Made by a program: the position numbers and the translations under genes. A stretch of 64,000 nucleotides of DNA from Candidatus Gottesmanbacteria bacterium RBG_16_52_11 (GTDB lineage: Bacteria > Patescibacteriota > Microgenomatia > UBA10105 > UBA927): NCBI GenBank assembly GCA_001779095.1, contig MFJD01000004.1, positions 173,031 to 237,030 of the forward strand, written 5' to 3'. The stretch's first letter is position 1; each line of letters starts with the position of its first letter. Positions 1-10,529 of this stretch are shown here, piece after piece. Under the pieces are notes generated by a model. The model saw only the letters and a list, made by a program, of their open reading frames with translations. It made no database searches and was not told the origin of the DNA.

Positions 1-2
1 CC

Positions 3-1799
3 GGTACCGGTGAATTGCCGGCAGCAGCAGCCGGTATCACTTTTGCCCTGTCGGGTTACTTTTCGGCACGGATCTGGTCCGGGCACGTCGATACGATAGC
101 AGCTCAGTCCTATATGCCCTGGGTCGTTGGAGCCATGTTTCTGTTATGGCAAAAACCGTCAGTCAGACGGCTGGCAGCCGCCTCCCTGGCACTGGCTGTC
201 CAGATATATGCCGGTTACCAGACCATGGCCATGTACACGCTGGAGATAGTGGCGCTGGCGGTTATGCTTTTTTCGCTATACCGGAAAAGTCTCCGGCCGC
301 TGGTCCTGACGGCGGCAGCCGTAATCGGAGGATTGGGATTTGCGGCACTTCAAATGATTCCGAACTGGGAGTTTTTCGGTCGGAGTATCCGGACCTTCCC
401 GATGCCATACGAGTACCTCAGCCGGGGATCCCTGGTATGGGGCAGCCTGATCCAGCTTCTGTATCCGTTCCACTGGGGTGACCAGTACAGTTTCCGGGGT
501 CCGCCGCCCAATTACGGCGAGCAGGCGATGTATGTGGGTGTAGTGGGGATAGTTCTGGCAGTTGCCGCCCTTATCATATATCTACCCAAATTTTTTGAGT
601 TTCCCGGTGCTCGGAAAAAGGATGAAAACATTATCTACGTCGCAATATTTGCCGCCGCAGCGGTTATTTCGGTCTGGCTGGCTCTTGGTCCCAATGCTCC
701 GTACGACCTGAACCGGTTTCTCTGGGAATACGTACCCCTGTACCGCGGCATCCGGCATCCTTCACGGCATCTCATCCAGTTTGTCCTGGCGGCCAGCGTT
801 CTGACCGGAGTGGGTCTTTCAAGGGTTAAGCATAGGTTCCTGCAGCTCATGCTGACCGCACTGCTGATTGCTGATATGGGTATATTTGCCAGGCATTTCC
901 TGGAACTGAAGCCCGCTCCCGAAACCCGCCATGACCGTTTACTGGTTGCCGGTTTGACAGGGGGAGGCGGTCCGTACCGGCTATTGCAGAATTTCGGTAC
1001 CTGGGTGCCGCCGCGTGACGCATTGGATTTCGATGCCGCTGTGGTATACGGAATCTTTTCCGCTACCGGATACGATCCTTCGATACTCCGCAACTACTAT
1101 GAATTTGCCGATGCAGTCAACGGTAATCCGGGGACCGGTATCCTTGAGCACAATGTTCAGATTCCATACCTCAATACCGCGTCGCCCTATATCGGTTTTT
1201 TAAATATCCGGTATATTCTGGTGCCGATCGGTTACGATCCGGTCGGCGGCAGTCCGGACCGGTATTCACTGATAGCCGAAAATCCCCAGGAAGGGTACCG
1301 CCTGTACGAAAACCGCAGCGTTAGCCCCAGGTTTTTCGCGGTGAAAACCGTCACTATACTTCCGGCAAGGAGTGATGTGGCCGCCGCCGTCAGATCGAAT
1401 ACCGGTGACATAAGTGAGACGGTGTATGCCGCGTCCGGTGATGTTTCGAATGACGCCGCAACGCAGCCATCCGACTGTAAATCCGGGAGTGACGTCCGGA
1501 TCGTCCTGTCGGAGTATACCGTCAACCGGATTACCCTGAAAACCCAGTCCGACTGCAATGCGGTCCTTGCCAGTTCCGAGGTCATGTATCCGGGGTGGAC
1601 TGCCAGTATCGACGGCCGGCCGGCAAAATTATTCGAATCAAACCTGGCGTTCCGGACACTCATTCTGCCCCGGGGTACGCACACGGTAGAAATGCGGTTC
1701 GTACCCAGGACCGTAGCGTTCGGTCTCTCCATAACGTTCGGAACGGCCCTGTTGTTCGCATTCATACTGCGGACAGATGCTTTCCGGAAAGGTGTGTGA
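3..1799 (+). CDS. YfhO-family membrane glycosyltransferase (GT-C), 5'-truncated by the window edge
   Basis: The frame is open back to position 3. Multi-TM N-half followed by a soluble C-terminal domain ending SEVMYPGWTASIDG...NLAFRTLILPRGTHTVEMRF and one terminal TM helix, typical of YfhO-like proteins. Paralogous to the genes at 1804, 8336 and 17904. Confidence 0.8.
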   Translation, partial: GTGELPAAAAGITFALSGYFSARIWSGHVDTIAAQSYMPWVVGAMFLLWQKPSVRRLAAASLALAVQIYAGYQTMAMYTLEIVALAVMLFSLYRKSLRPLVLTAAAVIGGLGFAALQMIPNWEFFGRSIRTFPMPYEYLSRGSLVWGSLIQLLYPFHWGDQYSFRGPPPNYGEQAMYVGVVGIVLAVAALIIYLPKFFEFPGARKKDENIIYVAIFAAAAVISVWLALGPNAPYDLNRFLWEYVPLYRGIRHPSRHLIQFVLAASVLTGVGLSRVKHRFLQLMLTALLIADMGIFARHFLELKPAPETRHDRLLVAGLTGGGGPYRLLQNFGTWVPPRDALDFDAAVVYGIFSATGYDPSILRNYYEFADAVNGNPGTGILEHNVQIPYLNTASPYIGFLNIRYILVPIGYDPVGGSPDRYSLIAENPQEGYRLYENRSVSPRFFAVKTVTILPARSDVAAAVRSNTGDISETVYAASGDVSNDAATQPSDCKSGSDVRIVLSEYTVNRITLKTQSDCNAVLASSEVMYPGWTASIDGRPAKLFESNLAFRTLILPRGTHTVEMRFVPRTVAFGLSITFGTALLFAFILRTDAFRKGV

Positions 1800-1803
1800 C
1801 TTT

Positions 1804-3990
1804 ATGAATAAAATCCGGATCCCGGAGCGGATGATACAACTGTCCCCACCGGTTTTGTATCTCATAGTTTTAATAGTTTTACTGGGTAAGGCACTGTTTC
1901 TGCCGCCGGACTTCTATCTGTTCGGATGGGATACGCTGGATATCCAGTACTTCACCAGGGAGTTTTTCCATCAGAGCCTGGCCGGCGGCACCATACCCTG
2001 GTGGGATCCGTACCGTTTCGCCGGCAACCCCTTTGCTGCCGCTGCCGACGGGCCGGTATTCTTTTATCCGCCGACCATTCTATTTGTATTCCTGCCCGTA
2101 GCCCGGGCATTGACCTGGTTTTACCTGATCCATATTTTTTCGGCCATGACCGGGACGTACCTGCTTCTCAGACGCTGGTTCAGACCGGTGCCGGCATGGG
2201 CCGGCGGGATAGTGTTCGGGCTGAGCGGTTACTTCTTCCCGCGGATTCTGGCCGGCACGGCCGGAAACCTGGCATCCGCGTCCTACCTGCCGTGGGTATT
2301 TGCCGCATTTGTGACGCTCAGTGAACCGCGGCAGGGCCGAAGCCGGGGAAAGCAAGTCGCAATCGCCGGACTGGTTTTCGGTCTGCAGCTTCTGGCCGGA
2401 GACCAGAGGATGGCAGTGTTCACGTTCATAGCCTGTCTGATCGCAGTCGTCTTTGCCGCTATCCGGCAGAAACACATAAGACCCGTAATCGGCGCGGTTC
2501 TGGCGGTTCTGACCGGCGTTGGTATCGCCGCCGTCCAGCTGGTCCCTCAGGTTCAGTACATGCAGCTTAGCCAGCGGACGGAACTGCCTTCCTACGAAAC
2601 CGCCAGTGACGGGGCATTGTCGCCGGAACGAATCGGCGAACTCCTGTTTCCGTTTACAAATTCGTACTCAATCAATAATGCAGCGTACCCGCCCTATGCC
2701 GAAAGTCCGTTCTACACGGGTATCCTGCCGCTCGTGTTGGCAGTTGCCGGACTGACCCTGACGCTCCTGACTTCATTAGCAGCAATTTTCCGCCGTCAGC
2801 CGGCAGGGAAGTCAGCGTATCCGGCGCTCCTGTTCGGAACAGTTGCCGCAGTTGCACTGTGGATTGCCATGGCACCGCATGCACCGGTCGACATATTCCG
2901 GATTCTCTGGAAACATATCCCGTTATTTTCCTTTGTCCGACTGCCGGTACGGTTTCTGCTTCTGTTTGCCCTCGGCATATCGGGACTGACCGCCCTGGCT
3001 TTGACCCAACTTGGCAAACGCGTTCTGCAAATTTTCGCCGCCGTATTCATTCTGGCGGAGCTGGTACCGTTTGCCGCAAGATGGCTCCTGCCCCAGCCGG
3101 TCCCACCGTCCCAGCATGACAGTGAACTGGTGTCGGTTCTGACCGGTGACCCGACGCTTAACCGGATCCACCTGAATTACTTCTACGTCGACCGGCTGGG
3201 GCAAAGCATTGATATGAATGCGCCGGTTGTGTACCGCCGGTTCGGGACAAACGGTTATTCACCCCTGATTCTTAAAAACTACTATGATTTCTACGTGGCA
3301 TCGCTTATCTATTATGACGCCCGATACCTGATCGGCATGAATCAGCTGCCGCCTATCACCGTGCTTTCGGGGAAAGCGCTTGATTTCCTAAACGTCAAGT
3401 ACTTATATAACAACCGGTCGTACGCAATCGGTGCCGATCCGACTTCATACCTGACCCGGATAGACAATCCCAATAAATGGTTTACCCTGTACGAAAACAG
3501 AAATGTTCTGCCGAGATTTTATCTGGCACCGGCGGCAAAGCGGATGCCGGACAGGGACGGAATATTTCAGGCAATCCGCCACAGAACCGAAGATTACACC
3601 AAGACCATACTGGTGACGGAGCCACTGGCCGGAAACTCCGATTATTACGCTGCAGACTGCCTTAAGGGTGAGATCGGACAGGTTACAGTCCTGTCGTACG
3701 GCCTGAACCGGGTAGAACTCCTGACGGACGCGCCGTGCGATGCCTACCTGGCAAGTTCGGAAGTCATGTATCCCGGATGGGCGGCCGAAATTGACGGCCG
3801 GCGGGCACCGCTTCTGACCGGAAACCTGGCTTTCCGGACAGTATTCGTCCCGGAAGGGAAGCACACGTTGGTGATGAAGTTCGTGCCGGTGAGTTTTCTG
3901 ACCGGAGGGGGTATTTCCATAGGAACAGTACTTATCTGGTTTCTAATTCTGCGACGAAACAAATTTCAGGCAATCCGGAATCGGGTATAA
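1804..3990 (+). CDS. YfhO-family membrane glycosyltransferase (GT-C)
   Basis: FGWDTLD first-loop Asp, PWWDPYRFAGNPF, about 12 TM helices, C-terminal YPGWAAEIDG...VPEGKHTL. ATG 1804 preferred; ATG 1777 is possible. Confidence 0.85.
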   Translation: MNKIRIPERMIQLSPPVLYLIVLIVLLGKALFLPPDFYLFGWDTLDIQYFTREFFHQSLAGGTIPWWDPYRFAGNPFAAAADGPVFFYPPTILFVFLPVARALTWFYLIHIFSAMTGTYLLLRRWFRPVPAWAGGIVFGLSGYFFPRILAGTAGNLASASYLPWVFAAFVTLSEPRQGRSRGKQVAIAGLVFGLQLLAGDQRMAVFTFIACLIAVVFAAIRQKHIRPVIGAVLAVLTGVGIAAVQLVPQVQYMQLSQRTELPSYETASDGALSPERIGELLFPFTNSYSINNAAYPPYAESPFYTGILPLVLAVAGLTLTLLTSLAAIFRRQPAGKSAYPALLFGTVAAVALWIAMAPHAPVDIFRILWKHIPLFSFVRLPVRFLLLFALGISGLTALALTQLGKRVLQIFAAVFILAELVPFAARWLLPQPVPPSQHDSELVSVLTGDPTLNRIHLNYFYVDRLGQSIDMNAPVVYRRFGTNGYSPLILKNYYDFYVASLIYYDARYLIGMNQLPPITVLSGKALDFLNVKYLYNNRSYAIGADPTSYLTRIDNPNKWFTLYENRNVLPRFYLAPAAKRMPDRDGIFQAIRHRTEDYTKTILVTEPLAGNSDYYAADCLKGEIGQVTVLSYGLNRVELLTDAPCDAYLASSEVMYPGWAAEIDGRRAPLLTGNLAFRTVFVPEGKHTLVMKFVPVSFLTGGGISIGTVLIWFLILRRNKFQAIRNRV

Positions 3991-4039
3991 TCCTAGATGT
4001 CGGCTTTCCGGGTTGATTTAGTAGTTTCACCATACTGAT

Positions 4040-5092
4040 TTGAAAAATAAAACTCCCATTACCACCGCAACCGATGATACAGCTGGAAAAAACCGTGACG
4101 AAACCAGGCAGCGGTTTACCAGGATTGCCCGGTGTCCCTCCTGCCGCAAAGGCAAATTGCTCTGGAACAGCCGGGTCGTGCGATGCGTCACCTGCTCCGC
4201 CTGGTATCCCATCACTGACGGAGTCCTGCAGTTAGTCCCGCTTACATCTGCATATACCGAAGACAGGAATTCTTTCCGGGAAAAGGTCGGGAAACGCTAC
4301 CGGTTAAAAGTCGACCGTAAAACCGTCAGTCCGGAGTCACCTCAGGAAGTGCAGAGACGGCATTTTGACAGATATGCGACCGACATTGATCAGTCATACA
4401 ACATCTACGAAACGATGGTTTTCTGGAGAGTGATCGACCGGAGTATATTTGACGGATGGATGAAGATTATTCCTAAGAATGCAGTTATTCTGGATGTGGG
4501 CTGTGCCCAGGGAAGAAGCGCCAAACCGTTTGTCGAAAATAAATATACCGTTATCGGTTTTGATATCGCCAAAAAGATGATTGAGGCCGGTAACAGCCGT
4601 TTCAAAGATCTGGCCAAACCGCCGCTTCTGTTTGTCGGCGACGCTACCACCATACCGGTGGCTGATGGCTGTGCTGATGTTGTCGTCCTGTACGGCGTAC
4701 TGCATCATCTGCCTCATCCCCGGCTGATTGCCAAAGAAATTGCCAGAGTACTCAAGCCCAAAGGAATATTTCTATCGTTAGAAAACAACCGGACACCTCT
4801 GCGATTTCTTTTTGACGTACTGCAGCGGCTGATGTGTCTATGGGATGAGAAGGCAGGTGAATCACCGACGATGTCAGCTGCCGATGTATCCGGTTGGTTT
4901 GCGGAAGCGGATATGACCGTGAGAACCCGTACCCATGTTTTCCTGCCGCCGCACTTGATCAACATACTGCCCGTTCCGGTAGGGTACCGGATAACTGCCT
5001 GGACCGATGCGGCAGCCTCAAGAATTCCCCTGATACGGGAGTGGGGAGGATTAATTGAAATTATCGGTACAAAAACCAACCAGATCAAATGA
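4040..5092 (+). CDS. Class I SAM-dependent methyltransferase with N-terminal Trm112-like Zn-ribbon
   Basis: CPSC...CVTC...YPITDGV, then ILDVGCAQG (motif I), GDATTIP and LHHL...RVLKPKG. TTG start. Confidence 0.85.
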   Translation: MKNKTPITTATDDTAGKNRDETRQRFTRIARCPSCRKGKLLWNSRVVRCVTCSAWYPITDGVLQLVPLTSAYTEDRNSFREKVGKRYRLKVDRKTVSPESPQEVQRRHFDRYATDIDQSYNIYETMVFWRVIDRSIFDGWMKIIPKNAVILDVGCAQGRSAKPFVENKYTVIGFDIAKKMIEAGNSRFKDLAKPPLLFVGDATTIPVADGCADVVVLYGVLHHLPHPRLIAKEIARVLKPKGIFLSLENNRTPLRFLFDVLQRLMCLWDEKAGESPTMSAADVSGWFAEADMTVRTRTHVFLPPHLINILPVPVGYRITAWTDAAASRIPLIREWGGLIEIIGTKTNQIK

Positions 5093-6189
5093 TTAAAAAA
5101 ACTATCAGGGATCTGATCATCATTTCCGCAGTCTTTGCTATCGCAACGGAAATTCTTTTCGGGTACTTATCATCTGTAAATAAAATGGACTCCGTCTACC
5201 GGAACTGGGACGGACCGGGATATATCCTGGTTGCCAAAACCCTGTATGATCCCAATCTGATAAACCGGATTAATCCTTTTCCTTTTACACCGAAGTACTG
5301 GACTCTGACATATCCGCTGTACCCGGTTTTCATCCGGTTGTTTTCCTTTATCGGATATCCTCAGTCCATGATTTTAGTCAGTACAATATTTACGCTCCTG
5401 TTTATAATTGCGTTTTACTTTCTTCTGCGGAAACTTAACCCGCAGGCCAACGCTCTTGTCGTATGCCTACTACTAATTTTCTATCCGCCCAGATGGTTCA
5501 TCGTCAGCCATGTGGGGAGTTCGGAACCGCTGTTCCTGTTTCTGGAAGTAATGTTTCTGATTTTCTTCATGAAGAAGCAGTTCTTCCTGTCAGCAATTTG
5601 CGCCGGACTGGCGGCAGTGACCAAAGCTAACGGATTGTTTTTGCTTGCCGCAGTATCTATTTACGGCTTTCTGGAGATTTTCATCTGGCACACAAAATCT
5701 TTGGCTTCAGGTGTACGCCAGTATCTGCCGTTTCTGCTGGTGCCGGTTTTTCCGGCAGCCCTATATACGCTGTACTATTTCCGGTTCGGGGACTTTTTCA
5801 GCTATTCCCACTCGATGTCACAATATTATTACTTCATCTGGGGACATTTCCTGGGTATGTTCACCCATATTCCGGCAGGAGATTATGAAGTATGGAAAGA
5901 AGGCCTGGTATACACTTTCCTGATTTACCTGATTGCGATACATATTCTGGTACAGAAAAAGCAGTACCTAGTGGCAATAATCGGAGGTATTTACTACTTG
6001 GGAATAATGCAGATTACATTCACGGATATCAGCCGGTATTTCCTGCCGCTTCTGCCGATGGCATTTCTGGCTTATGCAAACGGTTTATCGAAAAAGCCGG
6101 TATATCTGGCGATGCTGCTTTGTGTCCCGCTGGTTTACCTTTACGCCATCGGATATATCAACTTTAATGTAGCTGAGGCAATACCGTAA
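5089..6189 (+). CDS. Membrane GT-C glycosyltransferase (mannosyltransferase/PIG-V-like)
   Basis: NWDGPGY first loop, YPLYPVFIRL, SSEPLFL, DISRYFLP; about 10 TM helices. Confidence 0.7.
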   Translation: MIKKTIRDLIIISAVFAIATEILFGYLSSVNKMDSVYRNWDGPGYILVAKTLYDPNLINRINPFPFTPKYWTLTYPLYPVFIRLFSFIGYPQSMILVSTIFTLLFIIAFYFLLRKLNPQANALVVCLLLIFYPPRWFIVSHVGSSEPLFLFLEVMFLIFFMKKQFFLSAICAGLAAVTKANGLFLLAAVSIYGFLEIFIWHTKSLASGVRQYLPFLLVPVFPAALYTLYYFRFGDFFSYSHSMSQYYYFIWGHFLGMFTHIPAGDYEVWKEGLVYTFLIYLIAIHILVQKKQYLVAIIGGIYYLGIMQITFTDISRYFLPLLPMAFLAYANGLSKKPVYLAMLLCVPLVYLYAIGYINFNVAEAIP

Positions 6190-6211
6190 AGTCGGGTTCC
6201 ATAAACACGCG

Positions 6212-8185
6212 TCATTCAGCAATCCTTAGTTCGTAGACTTCGAGAAGGCCGAGTGTTTCCACGTAACTTAAGTCCTGACGGAGAAGACTGAAAAGTCGTG
6301 CAACCCGGCCGTTGTGCTGGAATCTGTCAGCGTCAACAAAAAGATGCCTGGCCGGCGACTTATGCACCGCGTCTATGAACGGATCGGGAGATTCCTCCGT
6401 CAGGTAGCAGGCCAGACAGCTGTGGCCGAGGGAATTCCGTGTTTTCAGAAGTATCAGGTACCAGGTATCCCAGACTGAAAGTATGGCAAACCGGCTGGCG
6501 GCGATATCGCTCCCATAGGATTTCCGGATGGAGTCGGCAGTCGGACCGAAGTAGGTAAATTCGTTTTCCGCCGGGCCGGTAATGAAACGCAGAGTAGTGA
6601 CCGGATTGGCATACTCCAGATTGGCAGTGCCCTGTTTGTATAAATAAGTTCCGGGTAAAGCCAAAAGTGCCGCCGCAACCAGAATAAACATTGCCAATGC
6701 CGGTTTAGGACCGGACCTTAATCCGTCCAGGGCTGTTTTCAGAAGATAAAAGGCACAGACTAAGAAGGGCAGGCTCAGGGCATGCAGGCCATTGAGGTGG
6801 CTGGAACCGGTGAAGTAGAGGAAATTGGCAAGTCCGGCAGCGGCTGTGAATAAGACTGTTTTTTCAACCGGAGACAGATGCCCTGTCTTCCGCATCCGGT
6901 AGATAAGATACCCTGTGGCCCCGGCCGGAACCAGAATCATGATCCAGGGATAGGGTGACTGCGGGAACGGCAGGGCAAATGAACTGGCGAAATACAGGCC
7001 GATGAATGCATAGTGTCTGATCCACATCGGCCAGACACCGGAAACCAGAAAACCGGCGAGGGATATAAGTAATGCTGTCCCGAAAGCGCAGGCCAAAACA
7101 GGAATAACCCGGGAGAGCGTATTTTTCAGGGATTCAGCTAAAGTCCGGCCGGAATGGCTGATCCACAGGTAGGCCGTGTAGGCAATCAACGTATACAGAC
7201 CGAAATCAAGCGTCCAAAGAAGCGCTACCGCAATCACTCCAGTTGTTAAATGGCGGGTTTTCAGCGGACCGGATTTGGGGAAACGGTTTTCGAGATAAAT
7301 CAGAATTGCCACCGGCAGCCAGATGCCCATGCGCCAGAATGACTGCTGGGGAAACTCGTAGGGGGCCCCGATTTTAACCAAGTGGTTGGCAAAAATGGCA
7401 TATACAGTCGACACGGACGCCCAGCGCCAGTCGCGCAGCAGTAGCTGAAACAGTACATACAGAAGGACAAATCCCGAAAACTGGATACCGGCGAACACCA
7501 GGTGCAGATTGGTAACGGTTAAGGGGATGAAACGGAATATCGTACTTAAGGTAACGACGGATAAAAAACCGTACCAGGAACGCGACTGAAGAAGCGGCTG
7601 GCCCTCTAAGAGGTCATGGACCGGACCGGCGTAATGGGTGTAGTCATAGAAGTTAAGCTTATTTATGCCGGTAGTCAGCCAGAAGATCAGAAGCACTGAT
7701 CCGCCGTGGAGCAAAATTTTAAATGTCCGGTTCAGGCGGAGGCGGGGAACCAGCAAAAGTAGTATTGCCGCGGCAATGATGACCGCGAACAGGTACTCAC
7801 CCGGTGTAACGTAGTTGTTGCCGGCAAATATGCCCATGTCAAACAGAGCCGGTGCAAACGATGCTGTAGGCTGGAGAGTAACGAAAAAGTACCTGATCCA
7901 AAGGATAACTGCCAAAAGGGCTGCAACAATGATGCCGTAGAGGGCAAAAATCCCGGATTTTGTTTCCGGGTGACCGGATGTTCCGGCGGGCAGGCGAAGA
8001 AGTACGGCCGGCAGAATCAGGGTGAAAATGCCCAGGCCGAACAGGTAAAGAAACGATTCGATCTCCCGCATCCCGGGCGCCAGAGCCTGATGGACAGCCG
8101 GTTCCAGCCGGGAAATAACGGCGATCAGTCCCGCTGAAACGGCGAGGGAAACGGCAATAAATCCGGGTGCGTTTATCCGAAACAT
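6212..8185 (-). CDS. Polytopic membrane protein, probable GT-C glycosyltransferase
   Basis: 657 aa with many TM helices, a YDYTHY...SWYG loop and a C-terminal soluble domain; glycosylation-locus context. Confidence 0.55.
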   Translation of the reverse strand: MFRINAPGFIAVSLAVSAGLIAVISRLEPAVHQALAPGMREIESFLYLFGLGIFTLILPAVLLRLPAGTSGHPETKSGIFALYGIIVAALLAVILWIRYFFVTLQPTASFAPALFDMGIFAGNNYVTPGEYLFAVIIAAAILLLLVPRLRLNRTFKILLHGGSVLLIFWLTTGINKLNFYDYTHYAGPVHDLLEGQPLLQSRSWYGFLSVVTLSTIFRFIPLTVTNLHLVFAGIQFSGFVLLYVLFQLLLRDWRWASVSTVYAIFANHLVKIGAPYEFPQQSFWRMGIWLPVAILIYLENRFPKSGPLKTRHLTTGVIAVALLWTLDFGLYTLIAYTAYLWISHSGRTLAESLKNTLSRVIPVLACAFGTALLISLAGFLVSGVWPMWIRHYAFIGLYFASSFALPFPQSPYPWIMILVPAGATGYLIYRMRKTGHLSPVEKTVLFTAAAGLANFLYFTGSSHLNGLHALSLPFLVCAFYLLKTALDGLRSGPKPALAMFILVAAALLALPGTYLYKQGTANLEYANPVTTLRFITGPAENEFTYFGPTADSIRKSYGSDIAASRFAILSVWDTWYLILLKTRNSLGHSCLACYLTEESPDPFIDAVHKSPARHLFVDADRFQHNGRVARLFSLLRQDLSYVETLGLLEVYELRIAE

Positions 8186-8335
8186 ACGATTGCGGGGTAA
8201 AAGCCAGGTCCGGCCAATAACCCAATGTACCAGTCAATGGCGGAATTTACAATTTGCCGGAAAAGTCCGGTATCCTTCGGGTACAGCATTTGACGGTTAT
8301 TTGGTAGTATTGACAGTGACAACTGAATTGCGACT

Positions 8336-10480
8336 ATGTCCGCCCGGCTGAAAAAACTGATCATCCCCATGCTGCCGTATCTGTTTTTGTTTGTTGTGGC
8401 TCTGGTTATTTTCCATCCGGCATTAAACCTCAAGCCGGGAACATACCTGTTCGGATGGGACACGATGGATCAGGAATACTTCATCAAATCATTCTTCGGC
8501 GAAAACATCCGGCGCGGGGTTTTCCCGTGGTGGAATCCGTACGCGATGGGCGGGTATCCGTTCGCGTCAACCATCGACGCGGATACTTTTTATCCTCCGG
8601 TTTACCTGTTTGCGCTGCTGCCCGTGACGCAGGCGATTTCGTGGTATTACTTCATACACCTCCTTTTGGGATTAGCCGGCATGTACATCCTCTGCCGGAG
8701 ATGGTTTTCCGTCATACCGGCGCTTTTGGCAGCAGTCACTTTCATGTTTTCCGGACTATTTACCAGAATTCTGGCCGGGAGCTTCAGCATCGTCCCGTAT
8801 GCATACCTGCCGTGGTTAATGTTCCTGTTCCTCAGATCAGTTGCGGCAAATTCCCGGCGTGCGGTCTTGCGGGCTGCTGCCGCAACCGGAATTATCGGGG
8901 CGCTCCAGGTCACCGGCAGCAATCCCATCACGGTAATCTATAGCCATCTGGCGCTGATATTTGCAACCGCAGTGCTTTCGGTTTCCCGCAGAAGTCTCCG
9001 TCCGGTCCTCATCTATATATCTACCGCAGCGCTGATCGTCGGCCTGTCGGCTGTCACCACCGTGCCGATGCTTGAGGGGATATTAAATTCAGTCAGAAGC
9101 AACCTGACCTATGAATGGGCAGCGTCAGGGACGCTCCGATTTGCTGACCTCAGGCAGATGTTCCTACCCGTATTGTGGTCGTACCGGCCGGATATGAATG
9201 ATTATATGCCGTTTATCGAAAGTCCCTGGTACATCGGCATCCTGCCGCTTGTCCTTGCCGTGTCCGGACTTTTTTATGGGGTTGTTGCCGTCCTGAATTC
9301 CCTGCGCCACCGGGGGAAACGCAATACCGGTCCGGCCGTTATCATTTTCGGGATTCTGGCAGTTTTCGGGTTCTGGATGGCGTTGGGAAACCAGGCACCA
9401 TATGACTTATTCGGTCTTCTCTGGCGGTCCGTGCCGCTGTTCAGATTTATCAGGGTACCGATCAAGATTATGGTACTTTTCGTCTTCGGGATGGCAGGTT
9501 TGGCGGCATATGCAACCGAGTTGATAAGAAACCGGATTATCCGGACAGCAATTCTTTTCATAACCGTAATTGAATTAACCATATTTGCCCGGCAGTACGT
9601 CATTATTGCACTGGTTCCGGAAACCAGACACGATCAGGAGCTGGTAGCGACGCTGAAAAGCTCACAGGGGGATTACCGGATCCATCCCAATTACGTCAAA
9701 AGTTACCGCCTGGGGTATAGCTGGGACCTTAACGCCGCCAGCACCTACCGCTTTTTCTCAACCAGCGGCAATACCACATCGATTCCGGCTAACTATAACG
9801 ACTTATTCTATGCCCTGTTCCCGGGAACCGATCCGCTTTTCAGCGCCACCATGAATCAGATGCCCTGGGTGGGGTTGGATTCAGCCGGGATGGACATCCT
9901 GAATGTCAGATACATCCTGGTGCCGCGGGAAACTGAACTGGCGGAGCCCCATTATTCGCTGGTAATCGACAATCCGTCCCGGTGGTTCAGGCTGTATCGT
10001 AATAACCGGGCCTACCCCAGGTTCCGGCTTCTCAGCCGGGCTGCCGTCTACCCTGACCGGGCGGCTATGCGCCGGGCAATCGAAACCGGAAACGCCGATT
10101 TATCAGATGCCGTTTACCTGACCGAACGGGACGCCGGTGCATTGGGGACAGTTGCGGACTGTCCGTCCGCCAGTCCGGGAACAGTTTCTGTCGATGACTA
10201 TGACATATCCCGCATCAGGCTCAAAGCCGATGCGGTGTGTGATACTTACCTGACGACCGGTGAAACCATGTATCCGGGATGGTTGGCGGCAGTCGACGGA
10301 AAACGGGTGCCTATGGTTGAAGGCAATCTGGCACTGCGGACCCTGAAGATACCGCAGGGCGTTCATACGGTGGATATGTGGTACGATCCGCGTATTTACC
10401 GGATTGGGGGAGCAGTCAGCCTGGTGACCCTGATTGTCCTGGTTTTACTAAACCGAAAGCTTGGTTTTAAAGGAAATTAA
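8336..10480 (+). CDS. YfhO-family membrane glycosyltransferase (GT-C)
   Basis: FGWDTMD, PWWNPYAMGGYPF and C-terminal YPGWLAAVDG...IPQGVHTV; close paralog of the gene at 1804. Confidence 0.85.
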   Translation: MSARLKKLIIPMLPYLFLFVVALVIFHPALNLKPGTYLFGWDTMDQEYFIKSFFGENIRRGVFPWWNPYAMGGYPFASTIDADTFYPPVYLFALLPVTQAISWYYFIHLLLGLAGMYILCRRWFSVIPALLAAVTFMFSGLFTRILAGSFSIVPYAYLPWLMFLFLRSVAANSRRAVLRAAAATGIIGALQVTGSNPITVIYSHLALIFATAVLSVSRRSLRPVLIYISTAALIVGLSAVTTVPMLEGILNSVRSNLTYEWAASGTLRFADLRQMFLPVLWSYRPDMNDYMPFIESPWYIGILPLVLAVSGLFYGVVAVLNSLRHRGKRNTGPAVIIFGILAVFGFWMALGNQAPYDLFGLLWRSVPLFRFIRVPIKIMVLFVFGMAGLAAYATELIRNRIIRTAILFITVIELTIFARQYVIIALVPETRHDQELVATLKSSQGDYRIHPNYVKSYRLGYSWDLNAASTYRFFSTSGNTTSIPANYNDLFYALFPGTDPLFSATMNQMPWVGLDSAGMDILNVRYILVPRETELAEPHYSLVIDNPSRWFRLYRNNRAYPRFRLLSRAAVYPDRAAMRRAIETGNADLSDAVYLTERDAGALGTVADCPSASPGTVSVDDYDISRIRLKADAVCDTYLTTGETMYPGWLAAVDGKRVPMVEGNLALRTLKIPQGVHTVDMWYDPRIYRIGGAVSLVTLIVLVLLNRKLGFKGN

Positions 10481-10482
10481 AA

Positions 10483-10503
10483 CGTATACCGTATACCGAA
10501 TAC
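10483..10503. repeat. Heptamer tandem repeat CGTATAC-CGTATAC-CGAATAC
   Basis: Three copies just after the stop at 10480; same family as the repeats at 20503-20581 and 24261-24299. Confidence 0.7.
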
Positions 10504-10529
10504 TTCTTCAGTTTGTGTATAATCCTTCC

